Below are positions 25,901-37,592 of a stretch of DNA of 64,000 bases, piece by piece. Position 1 is the first letter of the stretch; each line of letters opens with the position of its first letter. The notes below the pieces were generated by a model that was given only the letters and a program-made list of their open reading frames with translations, searched no databases and was not told the DNA's origin. The translations under genes and the position numbers were made by a program. The stretch covers positions 1,116,001-1,180,000 of the forward strand of contig MU008163.1 in assembly GCA_010909165.1 (NCBI GenBank), in the 5' to 3' direction. Source of the DNA: Anthoceros angustus (lineage: Eukaryota > Plantae > Anthocerotophyta).

Positions 25901-26983
25901 AACGCGCCTCACCCTAAAGAAGTTGGTCTTCACCTACCCCGCTGAGTTATGGCACAAGATCGAACTGAAGATTGGGGACGCCGATGATCCAGAGGGGTTG
26001 AGGCAAGTCCGAAGGGTAGGAAGCGCTGGAGCTCTGATACCATAAAGATACTCTTATGATGTAAGAGAAGTAAATGATAAGAAGTAAGTGTTTGGTTTAT
26101 ATACAAGATCATGGTAATTATTTTAACCGTAGACTGGTGATTTATGCTAGTAACTGCCGTAACTACGTAACGGTAAACTTAACTCTAGTTAAGACTAGGG
26201 TGTAAGCCAAAGTGTGCCCTAAAGCCTAGCTCTGGATCTGTCGGCGCTAGGCTCAGTCCTCCGCTGTCACAACATTCCATATCACCTCTGCTAAGATCAA
26301 GCCCGCTCTTGACGTCCGTGTCCCCCCACAGAGTTGAGGCAAACTCGGACACCATATAAGGGCATGGCGGACTGAGGCCGGTGCACACTCCGAGGCAGTT
26401 GGTTCATTGTTACAGATGCGATATCAAAATCCCTCCTCACCCTACGAAAGGCTTTGTCGTTCACCACCTCCGGTATCCAGTCTCCGTCACACTCTTCCGG
26501 AGGGCTCCATCGGACCTGCATCCTCACAACACTCATGGTCGCATACACGGCCTCTCCACTGGCCAAATTCATTGCCTGGCCGCGTAGAAGTCTCCAGCAC
26601 ACTTGACGAGCATGAAAAGTTTGACACGGAATGTAGGGTGCATAATTACGGAAAGGAAACTCTCAGTACGAGTAAGGGACGGTTGACTGGGTAGCCATGG
26701 TTGACTCAAGGTGGGATACGGTAACCCAACACCTTTGTTAGTTTCTTACAACGATTCATTGACATAGAAGAAAGAAAAAAGAGTTTTGCACCAAGTAATT
26801 AAGAAATGGCATTTGTCAAATAGGACAAGCAAAAAAATATATTGCTACCATTACCTTTTTTAGGAGAAAAGATACAACATTTGATCACAAAGGTACGAAT
26901 CAAGTAGGTCAGGCATTCTAGGGTTAAGTTCACGAGACAGTTGTTGTTTGGCCTTTTGCGTTCCTCCTTGAGTGGCCCCTTCA
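23000..26983 (-). mobile_element. Minus-strand LTR-type element with PBS and PPT but no gag-pol; internal coiled-coil/acidic ORF interrupted by the mini-copia; left boundary unresolved
   Basis: PBS TGGTATCAGAGC at 26042-26031; PPT GTTGGTAGGGGAG followed by TGAAGGGG at 23267; second TGAAGGGG start at 26983. The ORF reads through the empty copia site (..KWHVLPPAP*AWSPVPDDQRWKKEVAHRRK..EEL..KKK*). Confidence 0.55.
24075..25817 (+). mobile_element. Internally deleted 1743-bp copia (same family as 8-18 kb) with two LTRs, PBS, PPT and 5-bp TSD AGGAC
   Basis: 5' LTR 24075-24346 (TG..CA); PBS 24349-24358 joined directly to RT (DLQEDVYMQQPEGF); RNase H (GYTDADYAGDMDKRRSTSGY); 3' LTR 25490-25817; AGGAC at 24070-24074 and 25818-25822. 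Confidence 0.96.
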
Positions 26984-27573
26984 ACGCCCGCCCTGACCTG
27001 CTAATGCTCTGGGCATGCCAGCCTATTTATAGGAAGGTTTAACTCTCTTCTCTTGCTTTGCGGTTTATGCTATTACGAGACTCGTGTAAATAAGAAACTA
27101 TATATATAAAGTCTCGGTTCGCTAAAAAATGAAAAAGGAAATATATTTAATCTATTTAAAATGTATATATAAAAATATTATATTTTGGTTTTAAGAATTA
27201 ATCTAAGTTATGGCCAGGTTCCGGCCGTGCGTCCATATTTTGGACCGAACGTCTATGACATCGCGGGTTCCCGTAGAAAACGGATGACCGGGACGGATGA
27301 ACCACCTGTCCCCAGCATATTCTACAAAATGCCTGGACCGCGACTGACAGGGGGACACCCTAGTTTTGAGGCTGTAGCCTTTTGGGCCCGGGTCACATGC
27401 CAGCTAGGGAACAAATGCGACCATGTTGAAGAAGTGTTTCCTGACGCGGTAATTTGCCATCAACCGAGCCATCTGAATGTTATGCTAGCTGAGCATACTT
27501 AAGAGTCTTACACGTGATCTGCAGTGACACGGATCTGCAGTGCTGCAAGTCTACATACTGAGTGCATGTCCTA

Positions 27574-30060
27574 TTAGGCTTCAAGCATCAAGTGCTTAGG
27601 ACCCTTGTGGAGGGCTTTGGCATGCACTGCATAACTGGTGAGCGCCCTTCGAAGAACTTTTCCGTGAGGGAGTGCTGGGAAGCTTAAAACCTGCGCTGCT
27701 TGGCCAAGTCCCTTGAAGCTGGCTACCTGTCAATTGGAAAGAGCGCGTTGAGAGGTCTGTGAAGGACTTCAGATAATGCTTCAGCAATGACGTTCCAAGG
27801 GTAGGGTTCATCTAAACAACTTACGCGTTCCTTGATGTAGTCGATTGGATCACCTTCTAACCAAGAGACACCATTGTAGTTGAGTTTCGGAGTAAGTGTT
27901 TCAACAAAGACCATCGGAGCCTCCACTTTCCTCTCATCAGGGTAGCTGCAACATCAACAGCTCTGTTTAACTAGTGCAGATCGGGCAGTTCAAAAGTACT
28001 TCAAATTCTAGGAATGTTCCGGCGTATGCATAACTGTGAACCAAAGGCAAAGAGGGGGCAGGGGTACGCACCTTATTACAGCACAATTCACGATATCAGG
28101 ATTTTGCCACAACTCTTCCTCCAGTTCGTCAAGTGAAACCTGCCAGTTGACATGAGGCAGTAAGACAAGGTAACTGTCACTCTTGAAATTGATGTTCTTA
28201 CTTATTTGCAAGGGAGATGTACAGAATTTCGTTGCACCCATAGACTCTGCAACTGGTTCAAAACACGCACCGGAAAACCGTTGCAATTGACGATCTCTTT
28301 AATGCGGCCGACAATGTAGAGGTAGCCATCCTTATTGAAGTAGCCACGATCGCCGGTGTGGAGCCAGCCATCATCGTCTACAGCATCGGAAGTTACGTTG
28401 GAATCCTTCAAGTAGCCTGTCGCAGCAATCCAAGGATTAGTAACTAAGTGGGGAGAAAGTATCATGGTAGTTTCCGCCACTACAGCATGCAATGACTTGC
28501 AAGCAAGGAAATTTTGAATGCTTACCTGCCATGATTCCGGGACCACGCAACCACAGCTCGCCTTCAAAGTAAGGGGACATCTCACTGGGCTTTGCCTTGA
28601 CATTCACAATCTTGGCCTCGTTATTCATCGAAAGCAGGCCAACAGATCCGAGATACTCTGGCTTGTAGTGAACCCCGGCAGGGAATGTTGTCCCCAAGAG
28701 AGTTGTCTCATTTAAACCATAACCCTGCTGACATTTCATGGATCAGGAATGTTCGCGTGTGTAACGATCTCACCTCAAAACAATGAGCACAAATATGAGA
28801 CAAATGTCCGACACCTTGAGAAGGAAAGGGAGGCAGTACCTGTACGAACTGATGACCACCAGCAGGAAAGCGTCGCGCACACCGTTCTATAGTCCGCAGC
28901 GGCACAATTGCAGGTCCGCAGCTAAACTGCCTGAGGGGCGGCAGTTCACACCCGCTCAAATCGTCCACCAGCTCGTGCGGAAGCCGGATCTCAACGCTCT
29001 GCACCTTAGGCTCATTGGCCACAATCTCGTGCAGCGTGGACGGCAACATAGTCACATGCGTGAGTCGCGGCTGTAAATCCAGCAAAGCATCAAGCATTTT
29101 CCCGACCTGAGCGTCGTAGTCCAAGTTCCAGGTGACAACCGTGGCCCCCCGCATAAGCGGCGCGATCATCAGGACAGCAATAGCATAGAAGTGGCCAAGC
29201 GACACGCAAGAGAGGTAGACATCATCCTCAGCAGATCCACTCAGCGGGTTACCAGAGTAGATGGTGGCAAACGCAATGAGGTTCCGATGCGTCAGAACAA
29301 CTCCCTTGTCCCTGTGCTCCCCTCTCTTGTACGAGGGCCCCTCGGTTACAACAGACGGAGTCATGACCACCACTGCAACGTCATCCTGCAGCACAATTTC
29401 CTGCACACTCTCCTCACCATGCTTTGCAACCGGCCCGCGAGCACGCAGCTCCGACCAGGTAACGAACTGCTCAGGTCCAATCTCGGATCGCTGCACCATG
29501 CTCACTTCGATCTCTGGCATGGCCGATCGCGCTCCAACAATGAGCGTCTTCACGCCGAACAGGAGATTGGGAAGCTCGTCGTGGTTGTCCCAGCGGAAAA
29601 GATACGCCATGGCCTCATTTGTGACAAACAGGGCGGGGGCCTGGAGATTGCACTGCAGCAGATCGTTCTCCAAGGCAGGCGCCACCCGCAGGTAGTCCGG
29701 GTAAGGGACGGGGATGACGACGGCGCCTAGCTGCAGACAAGCGAACAAGATCTCAACGAGCTCAAGGCAGTTGTGGCATGCGATGAGCACTTGGCTGCCC
29801 TTGCCAACTCCCAGCTCCGCCAGCAGCAGCGCCGACTCCCGCACCCGCTCCTCCAGCTCCTGGTAGGTGGCCTGCGTCCCGTAGCCGGCGTCCACCACAG
29901 CCAGCTTGTCTCTCGGCGCCCGGCCCGCGGCGAAGGTTGCAAAGAGGTACTCCACAAATCCCAGCTCTGCATCATCCGGCAGCGGTACCGCAGGCAGCTT
30001 GCTGGAGTAGATCCCTGTGGCCGCATCGTAGCCGCTCCCAGGAGCTATAACTGTCGCCAT
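27574..30060 (-). CDS. 4CL-like acyl-activating enzyme (ANL superfamily), type A, 6 exons, apparently intact but with a non-canonical P-loop
   Basis: Long exon 1 ORF ([23 protein letters not shown]); later exons GYGLNET, GELWLRGPGIM, GWLHTGDRGY, YIVGRIKE, VSLDELEE, GKVLRR; GT-AG junctions; predicted end ...KHLMLEA*. Confidence 0.88.
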
Positions 30061-30469
30061 GGTTGCCGGTGCAGCAGGTCGATCCTATCGCGGCCGCGGC
30101 GGCAGCAATGCGAGACGCTCCCCTTTATCACCTGCAGGACTCGACGAGACGTCTCTAAGCGAAGCACTAGCATACGATGTGTCACATCACACACGCTCAC
30201 GTTAGTGTCCCTTGTTGGAATGAGTGGCGACGGCTGGCTGCATGGCACTGCCACTGGAGGGACATGTGACTCATGATGTAGGCCTACCTAGATGGCGTTT
30301 GTTTGTATGCTTATTATCTGATTCAACATTGACATATATTTGAACGACATTTCCGGGGTTTAGTCCAACGGTAGAGCGCCCGTTTGGCATATGGGAGGTA
30401 ATGGGATCGATGCTCGTCATCTCCATTGCAACTCAGAAGTGAGAGTTCAGCAGCACCTGCACCGTAGCC

Positions 30470-30570
30470 TCATCGTGGCCGATGTTGCCTGCGCATTGAA
30501 CGGCACCGCTATCACTCCCATCGTTCTTGCCCCTGCGGAGAACTCCTACAAAAAGTTCTCACCATACCGA
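30470..30570 (-). pseudogene. 5'-end relic of a type C 4CL-like gene
   Basis: Near-identical to 47800-47895 (GGCACCGCT.TCACT.CATCGTTCTTGC.CCTGCGGA.AACTCC). Confidence 0.75.
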
Positions 30571-30835
30571 TCCGAGCCTGTTAACCCGGTCGGCGACCGG
30601 CGAGTTCCTGTAGCTAGCTAGCCTAGGGGTTTGCAGGTATGGTGCCCGCGCGTGCCGCGCTGCCCGGGGCGTGAGCCGCGATCATGCATTGATGCCTGCT
30701 CGACTGGACAAGCACACATGACCGAGTGTAGGCGACGAGTGCAACTTGTGAGACGCGCTGCTAGCTCGCGTTCAGTGATTCCCGTCTCGTGTCCAGATCG
30801 CGGCGAGAGCGCTGCTGGAAGCGCGCGAGCTCGCT

Positions 30836-31933
30836 ATGGCGGCAGAGGATGTGGATGCGGGATGGGGTGGATTGGTGAAGGAGGGGAGCGGGTATGATGA
30901 GGCCCCAGGATCTATTCCAGCAAGCTCCCTACCGTCACGTTGCCGGATGGGAACTCGGCAGCGGGGATTGTGAATCACATTTTCGAGGAGACCCGGAAGC
31001 ATGGACGGTGGGAGAAGGTCGCCTTGGTGGACGCCGGAACCAGGGAGGCGCTCACGTTCCAAGAGCTGGAGGAAAAGGTGCGAGAGGTGGAGGCGAAAAT
31101 GCACAGCGCCATGGCTCCGCTGCCGTTCGCGGGGCCGGCGTATGGCGATCATGCACTGTTTCTTGCTCCTAACTCGTTGGAAATGATTGTGGCTCTGCTG
31201 GCGTGTTTGCGCGCGGGTGCGGTCGTGCTCCCTGCTAATCCTGCGTACACGGCGGACGAGCTGGAGAGGATCTTCGGGGACAATCTAATGATTGGTGCTG
31301 TGTTTACCACTCCGGTTGTGATTGACAGGTTGCGAGCTGAATCGAAGACGTCCTTCTGGGACTCGAAAAAGATGCCAGCATTTATCATCGGAGAGGCGGA
31401 TCGGAGATGGAAGAGAGAGAAGTTTGATTGCACGCTTGCTGACATGTTCAAAGATGTATCTGCCGTAAACGGCACTGTTTGTAAGATACCACAGGACTGG
31501 GAAGCTCTGATGCTGCTGTCCTCTGGCACAGGGGGGTTAGCAAGGCGACAGTTCTGACGCATAAGAACCTTATAGCATTTACGACTATCTTCAACGGTAA
31601 TCCCGTAAATGGAACCAAGGATGATGATATCTACCTGTGCCCGACCCCTCAGTTCCACATATATGGCCTCGTCGTCGTCACACTGACAAACCTTGTGAGG
31701 GGGGCTACTGTAGTCGTGATGCCCAAGTACTCTTTGCATGGTCTTCTGAAAGCTGTGGAGGAGTTCCGTGTCACCTATTTGCCTAGTGTGCCTCCCATCG
31801 TGCTAGACATCCTGAACTTAAGTGAAGAGGAGCTACGCAAGTATGACTTGTCTTCCGTGACTCTGATCAGCTGCGGGCTGCACCACTGAAGCAGGAGACC
31901 ATTGAACGATGCGTTGCCCGCTTCCAGGGGCCA
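30836..31933 (+). pseudogene. 4CL-like type B, copy B1: exon 1 only, 3' half deleted and fused to the tail of C1
   Basis: MAAEDVDAGWGGLVKEGSGYDEAPGIYSSK...LLSSG..SKATVLTHKNL...PQFHIYG...RFPG, then an abrupt switch to the antisense of the C1 stop region. Confidence 0.85.
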
Positions 31934-31942
31934 CGGCAATAC

Positions 31943-34355
31943 TTAAAGCTTGGCAGTTGTGAGACCGAGTTGTACGAGCTCATGGGTAAGCTTCTTTCGC
32001 AATATTTTTCCTGAAGCCAACTTTGGTATGTTGTCAATGAACGCCACTTTTCGAACTTTCTTGAATGATTACAGACACAGGATAAGCTCCAACTTCCACA
32101 GCGTGAAGCTTTAACGCATAGACATTCTGAAGGCATTATGACCAATGGATCTGAAATTACCTTGTCTGCAGTGTAGCTCTTCACATCCTCTTCGGTCAAG
32201 GTGCTTCCAGGGAAGCGAACAACGAAAACCATGAAGGCAGCTGGGCAACGGTTTTATCAGGGTATCTGCATTCATGAAGTCCAAGCCCACAATAGATAAA
32301 AGTGACTTGTTCGACCTAGAAGAAATTGCATAACAGGGTCAATCAGGGGCTACAAAACTGTGACAGTTCACCCAACGCATCGATTTAGGTGTCCAAAAAA
32401 TCACGGTACAACAGCGGCATCCTGGATTTCAGGGTGAGTTAGCAACAGGGCTTCAAGTTCCGAAGGCGACACCTGTCCATCCGGAAATTGCAGGAAGAAA
32501 TTGCGAGTCACTCTACTCCACTATCTTAACTAACCATAGAAGCAGGCAACTCTTGTAAGCAGAAGGACCGAATCCAAAAACTTGAAAAACTTGAAGAGGC
32601 ACCTGAAAGCCGCTGTACTTAATAAGCTCGGTCCAGGGGTCGACTATGAAGAGGTAGCCATCGTCGTTAAAGTAGCCAAGATCGCCTGTGCCAAGCCATC
32701 GATCGTTGTCCAGAACTTCGTTTGTTGCCTTAGGATCATTGTAATAGCCTGCACAGAATTTATGTTCCCAACCATCAGTTCAAGAAGACCATCATGGAAC
32801 TAGTACTGCCCATACTAGTTAGTGTAGCAGACTTTCTCCCTTCTAAGGATGTTGAGGACTTCACGCCTGCTGGCGAACGAAAGGATCAACTGATACCTTC
32901 CATGGTTCCAGGACAACGCAACCACAGCTCTCCCTTACTGTATGGAGGCAGAAATGCCCGTGGACTCCCTGATGCGACAACCCTAGGTTGTGTGTTCATG
33001 GCGAGAACGCCTACGGGACCGAAGTCTTCTGGCTTGTAACCCGTGGCAGGAAAAAGTGCTCCGACGGCAGTTGTCTCCGTCAATCCCTATGCCTGCCATT
33101 CCACAGTCGAAGTCAAAAAGCTCGCCGGAATGCTCAAGGACGCTCAAGGACATGTTCACAGGCATCCAGGCATATAAGAAATCCAAGTTTAAGAAGTAGG
33201 AACGTTGAAGACCAAAAATTGTTGTAAATCAGGGACCGAACTACTCACTCACAGTGTGAAAAGTCGACAAGGTCTGCAGCAAGGAAACAGCATACTTGAA
33301 TGATCTTCACGTTAGGAAGCACAACTTTCAATGGTGGCCATCTGGAGGGGTGCTCCCGCGCTGCTGATCTGAGGCAAAGAGCTCAGATTATACTTGGATG
33401 TCTCATCACCACTCTTCAGGATGTCAAGTAGGATTGGGGGCACCACCGGCAGATGTGTAACTTGGTATCGCTCAACAGCCCCTACGAGACCTTGCAGGTT
33501 GTAACTGGGGAGAATGACCACCTTAATCCCCCTCACGAGCTGATTGATTGTGACAACAGCTAGGCCGTATATGTGAAACTGAGGAACAACGCACACGTAG
33601 ACATCATTCGGTGAAGCTTGAGTGAGCGGATTTTCATTGTAGATCGTGGCAGAAGCAATCAGGTTGCGATGCGTCAGGACAACACCCTTGCTCAAACCCG
33701 TGTTACCAGAGGAAAAGAGCACCACCGCGGGGTCATCCGACGATGTGTCCGTGAAGCCGAGCTTGTACCGGGTTTCTGCGGGGAATACAACTGCGACAAC
33801 AGGAGGTCTCCCCTCCCAACAAAATACAGCTGGTCGTCAGGACCGATCAAGACTGTCTTCGCGAGGCCGAAGAATGCAGAGGAAGGCCGCAACCTGGCGG
33901 CCACCTCTGCGGTAGTGAAAATCAAGGCGACCTTCGCATCGGCAACATGCTCCTCGAGCTCTTGCGATGAGAAGCCCGGATTAGCGATGCCAACCACTGC
34001 TCCCAGAGACAATTGCAAGCTTGCAAGCAGAACAAGAACAAACTCCACAGAGTTGGCACACATGAGGAGCACGTGGATGTGTCCCCCGCTCCACTCTTAG
34101 CTCCAGCACCCCCATGGCCAGAGCTGTGAACTGCTCCTCCATCTCCCCGTAGGTGAGCTCCAGTCCATTCATTCCGTCCACCAAGGTCATATTCTTCCGC
34201 CTGTGCGACCAGTTTGGGCCGGGCTCGTGGTTCTTGGTTCTTGGAGAACGCAGCAGTCCTGCGGTGGACATCTTGCTGGAATGGATCCCCGTGGCCTCAT
34301 CGTAGCCGATGTTGCCTGGACTGAACGGCACCGATGTCACTGTTCTCACCATAAC
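31943..34355 (-). pseudogene. 4CL-like type C, copy C1 (ends TAKL*), pseudogene
   Basis: Closely similar to C3, but a 17-bp deletion removes the last splice acceptor and a ~38-bp deletion hits the 5' end; both lesions are shared with C2. Confidence 0.85.
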
Positions 34356-34514
34356 GATGCATGCAAGTGTGCCTGTTAATCTGGACGGCGCCCGGCGCGT
34401 TCCTGTAGCTAGAGCTTTGGAGGTACGCTGCCCGCGCTTGCCGCGCTGCCCGGGACGTGAGCCGCGATCATGAATTGATGCCTGCTCGACTGGACAAGCA
34501 CACATCACCGAGAC

Positions 34515-34640
34515 TAGGAGTGGTGGCGGACTGGAGTGGCTTCGATGCATCTACTGGCATCTATTCAGCAAGATGGCCACCATGGCCTTGCCCGACGACG
34601 ACTCAGCACCGGGGATTGTGGGGCCGTGGAAGTTAGAGTG
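34515..34640 (+). pseudogene. N-terminal relic of another 4CL-like gene (duplicated at about 41235-41355)
   Basis: WSGFDASTGIYS.KMATMALPDDDSAPGIV, homologous to the B-type start. Confidence 0.6.
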
Positions 34641-35349
34641 CGACAGGGCAAGCGGCGCCCACTATTCGAGTCACCAACAAAGCAGAAACTGGAAACCGAT
34701 AGAGCGGGAGCTTCACGCGTGAGCCCGCCACGAGCCAAGTGTGCCTGGTAACCTACGTGCGCCCGCCTGGACCTCCATATAACTTCATATCGCATCATTC
34801 CAAAGAGACCCCCATTTCTTTCCGCCATCTTTCGTAAGCTTATCCTGCAATAAGAGACGGGTCATCATGAAAGCAAGGCGCCCGGCACGATTCCGCTCTA
34901 ACTGCAGTTGAACCTCAGTTAACCCCAGTTAAGTCACCCGAAGCCAAGAACCACACGGCTCGGAATGTCCTTGAGTCGAATGAACTGAACCCGCCCGTAG
35001 GTGACCGCCACGAGCGTTATGTGGGAGGCAGGTCCTTTCGCGCTCGCGCTCCGCTCCCGCGACCAGTTCGTTATTAACCACCTCCGGAGGCAACCCGCTG
35101 GGCGCCGACCGCAGGACGGCGACCGGCGCATTCCTGTAGCTAGCTAGGGCTTTGCAGGTACGCTGCCCGCCCTTGCCGCGCTGCCCGGGGCGTGAGCCGT
35201 CATCATGAATTGATGCCTGTTCGACTAGACAAGCACACACCGAGTGTAGGCGACGGGTGCAACTTGTGAGACGCGCTGCTAGCTCGCGTTCTGTGATTCG
35301 CGTCTCGTGTCCAGATCGCGGCGAGAGCGCTGTTGGAAGCGCGCGAGCT

Positions 35350-36980
35350 ATGGCGGCAGAGGATGTGGATGCGGCATGGGGTGGATTGGTGAAGGAGGGG
35401 AGCGGGTATGATGAGGCTACCGGGATCTATTCCAGCAAGCTCCCTACCATCACGTTGCCGGACGGGAACTCGGCAGCGGGGATTGTGAATCACATTTTCG
35501 AGGAGACGCGGAAGCATGGACGGTGGGAGAAGGTCGCCTTGGTGGATGCCACAACCGGGGAGGCGCTCACGTTCCGACAGCTGGAGGAGAAGGTGAACAG
35601 GGTCATGGCTCTGCTGCCGTTCGCCGGGCCGACGTATGGCGATCATGCACTGTTTCTTGCTCCTAACTCGTTGGAAATGATTGTGGCTCTGCTGGCGTGT
35701 TTGCGCGCGGGTGCGGTCGTGCTCCCTGCTAATCCTGCGTACACGGCGCAGGATGCGAGCTGAATCGAAGACGTCCTTCTGGGACTCGAAAAGATGCCAG
35801 CATTTATAATCGGAGAGGCGGATCCGAAATGGAAGAGGGAGTTTGATTGCACGCTTGCTGACATGTTCAAAGATGTATTTGCTTTGGACCGCTTTGTATA
35901 TAAGATACCGCAGAACTGGGAAGCTCTGATGCTGCTGTCCTCTGGCACCACGGGGTGAGCAAGGCGACAGTCCTGACGCATAAGAACCTTATAGCATTTA
36001 CGACTATCTTCAACGGTAATCCCGTGAATGGAACCAAGGATGATGATATCTACGTGTGCCCGACCCTCAGTTCCACATATATGGCCTCGTCGTCGTCACA
36101 CTGGCAAACCTTGTGAGGGGGCTACTGTAGTCGTGATGCCCAAGTACTCTTTGCATGGTCTTCTGAAAGCTGTGGAGGAGTTCCGTGTCACCTATTTGCC
36201 TATTGTGCCTCCCATCGTGCTAGACATCCTGAACTTAAGTGAAGAGGAGCTGCGCAAGTATGACCTGTCTTCCGTGACTCTGATCAGCTGCGGGCCTGCA
36301 CCACTGAAGCAGGAGACCATTGAACGATGCGTTGCCCGCTTCCCAGGGGCCAAGTTCCTGCAGGTAAATCTCATGGCGTCAGGTTAACTTGATGATCATC
36401 CGGATCTGATTAATTCAGAGATGGTGTTAGATTTGAAGTGACTTCCTTTCTGTTGCCGATTCTTTGATCACGCACTGACCTGAGACTCCGTAATTTCAAT
36501 GTGTGGCATGGTTACGGTATGACGGAGACTTGCGCCCTGGGGGCAACCTTTCCTGCCGTTGGTTACAGGCCAGATTACTTTGGATCTGTAGGCCTTTGCA
36601 CTCCAACACTGAAGCGAAAGTCGTGGATACACAGACGGGAGCGTCTCTTGGCCCGAATAAACAAGAAGAGCTCTGGTTTCCAAGTCCTGGAAACATGAAA
36701 GGTAGGGAGAATACTTTTTGCACCAGCACCCTCTGACTGCCACCACAACTTGTTACATGCATACGCAGTCGATCACCTTAAATTAGCTGTCCAGAGTACA
36801 GATTCATGGGCTACACTAACTTCACTCCATGCAGGTTATAAGGGTAACCTGAAGGCAACTCTTGAGGCTATTGACAAAGATGAGTGGCTTCATTCGGGAG
36901 ATGTGGGCTACATCAACGAGGATGGGTTTCTATACATTATCTATCGCATCAAAGAGATCATCAAGTACAAGGGATTCCAG
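35350..36980 (+). pseudogene. 4CL-like type B, copy B2: ~70-bp deletion in exon 1, truncated after KYKGFQ
   Basis: PAYTAQDAS* caused by a deletion shared with B4; later exons GYGMTET, EWLHSGDVGY, YIIYRIKEIIKYKGFQ; then fused to another MAAEDGD relic at 37026. Confidence 0.85.
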
Positions 36981-37592
36981 CGCACGAAGAGGTGTTGGCA
37001 CTGTGGAGCGCCAAGCGCGCGGGCTATGGCGGCAGAGGATGGGGATGCAGAGGTTGAGTGGTACAGAAGGGGAGCAGCCGGTACGATTGAGGCCACCCGG
37101 ATCTATTTCAGCACGACAAGTCTGTTTTTTCCTCATGGTTTGTTTATTCATTCCCTGTTTTGTTTGTTGTTCTAGGGACAATCTAAACCCAGGTTTCAAA
37201 ACCTATACTATTGTTCGGGTCTTGGGGATTATGGCCATTGTCAAACAGACTTCCATCCAGATTGTAGCCGGGACCAAATTGCCAGAGTGCACGGTGAAGT
37301 TTTTAATGCTCTTCGTATACACTGGTGAGTCCCTTTGCTTTTGATGTTTCAATAAGTATACAGTCATATTGGGCTTACTCTGCCGTCTATCTTTGCAGGT
37401 ATGGTGCCGCGCGTGCCGCGCTGGGGCGTGAGCCGCGATCATGCATTGATGCCTGCTCGACTGGACAAGCACACATGACCGAGTGTAGGCGACGAGTGCA
37501 ACTTGTGAGACGCGCTGCTAGCTCGCGTTCAGTGATTCCCGTCTCGTGTCCAGATCGCGGCGAGAGCGCTGCTGGAAGCGCGCGAGCTCGCT

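Noticed and set aside
26297-26602. Chromodomain-like VRW...DWIPE peptide
   Set aside because: Only a loose aromatic pattern with no adjacent integrase; insufficient evidence.
21965-26988. GCGCC/ACGCC as the TSD of the minus-strand LTR element
   Set aside because: Imperfect match, and the left LTR end cannot be aligned to the right LTR, so the boundary is unsupported.
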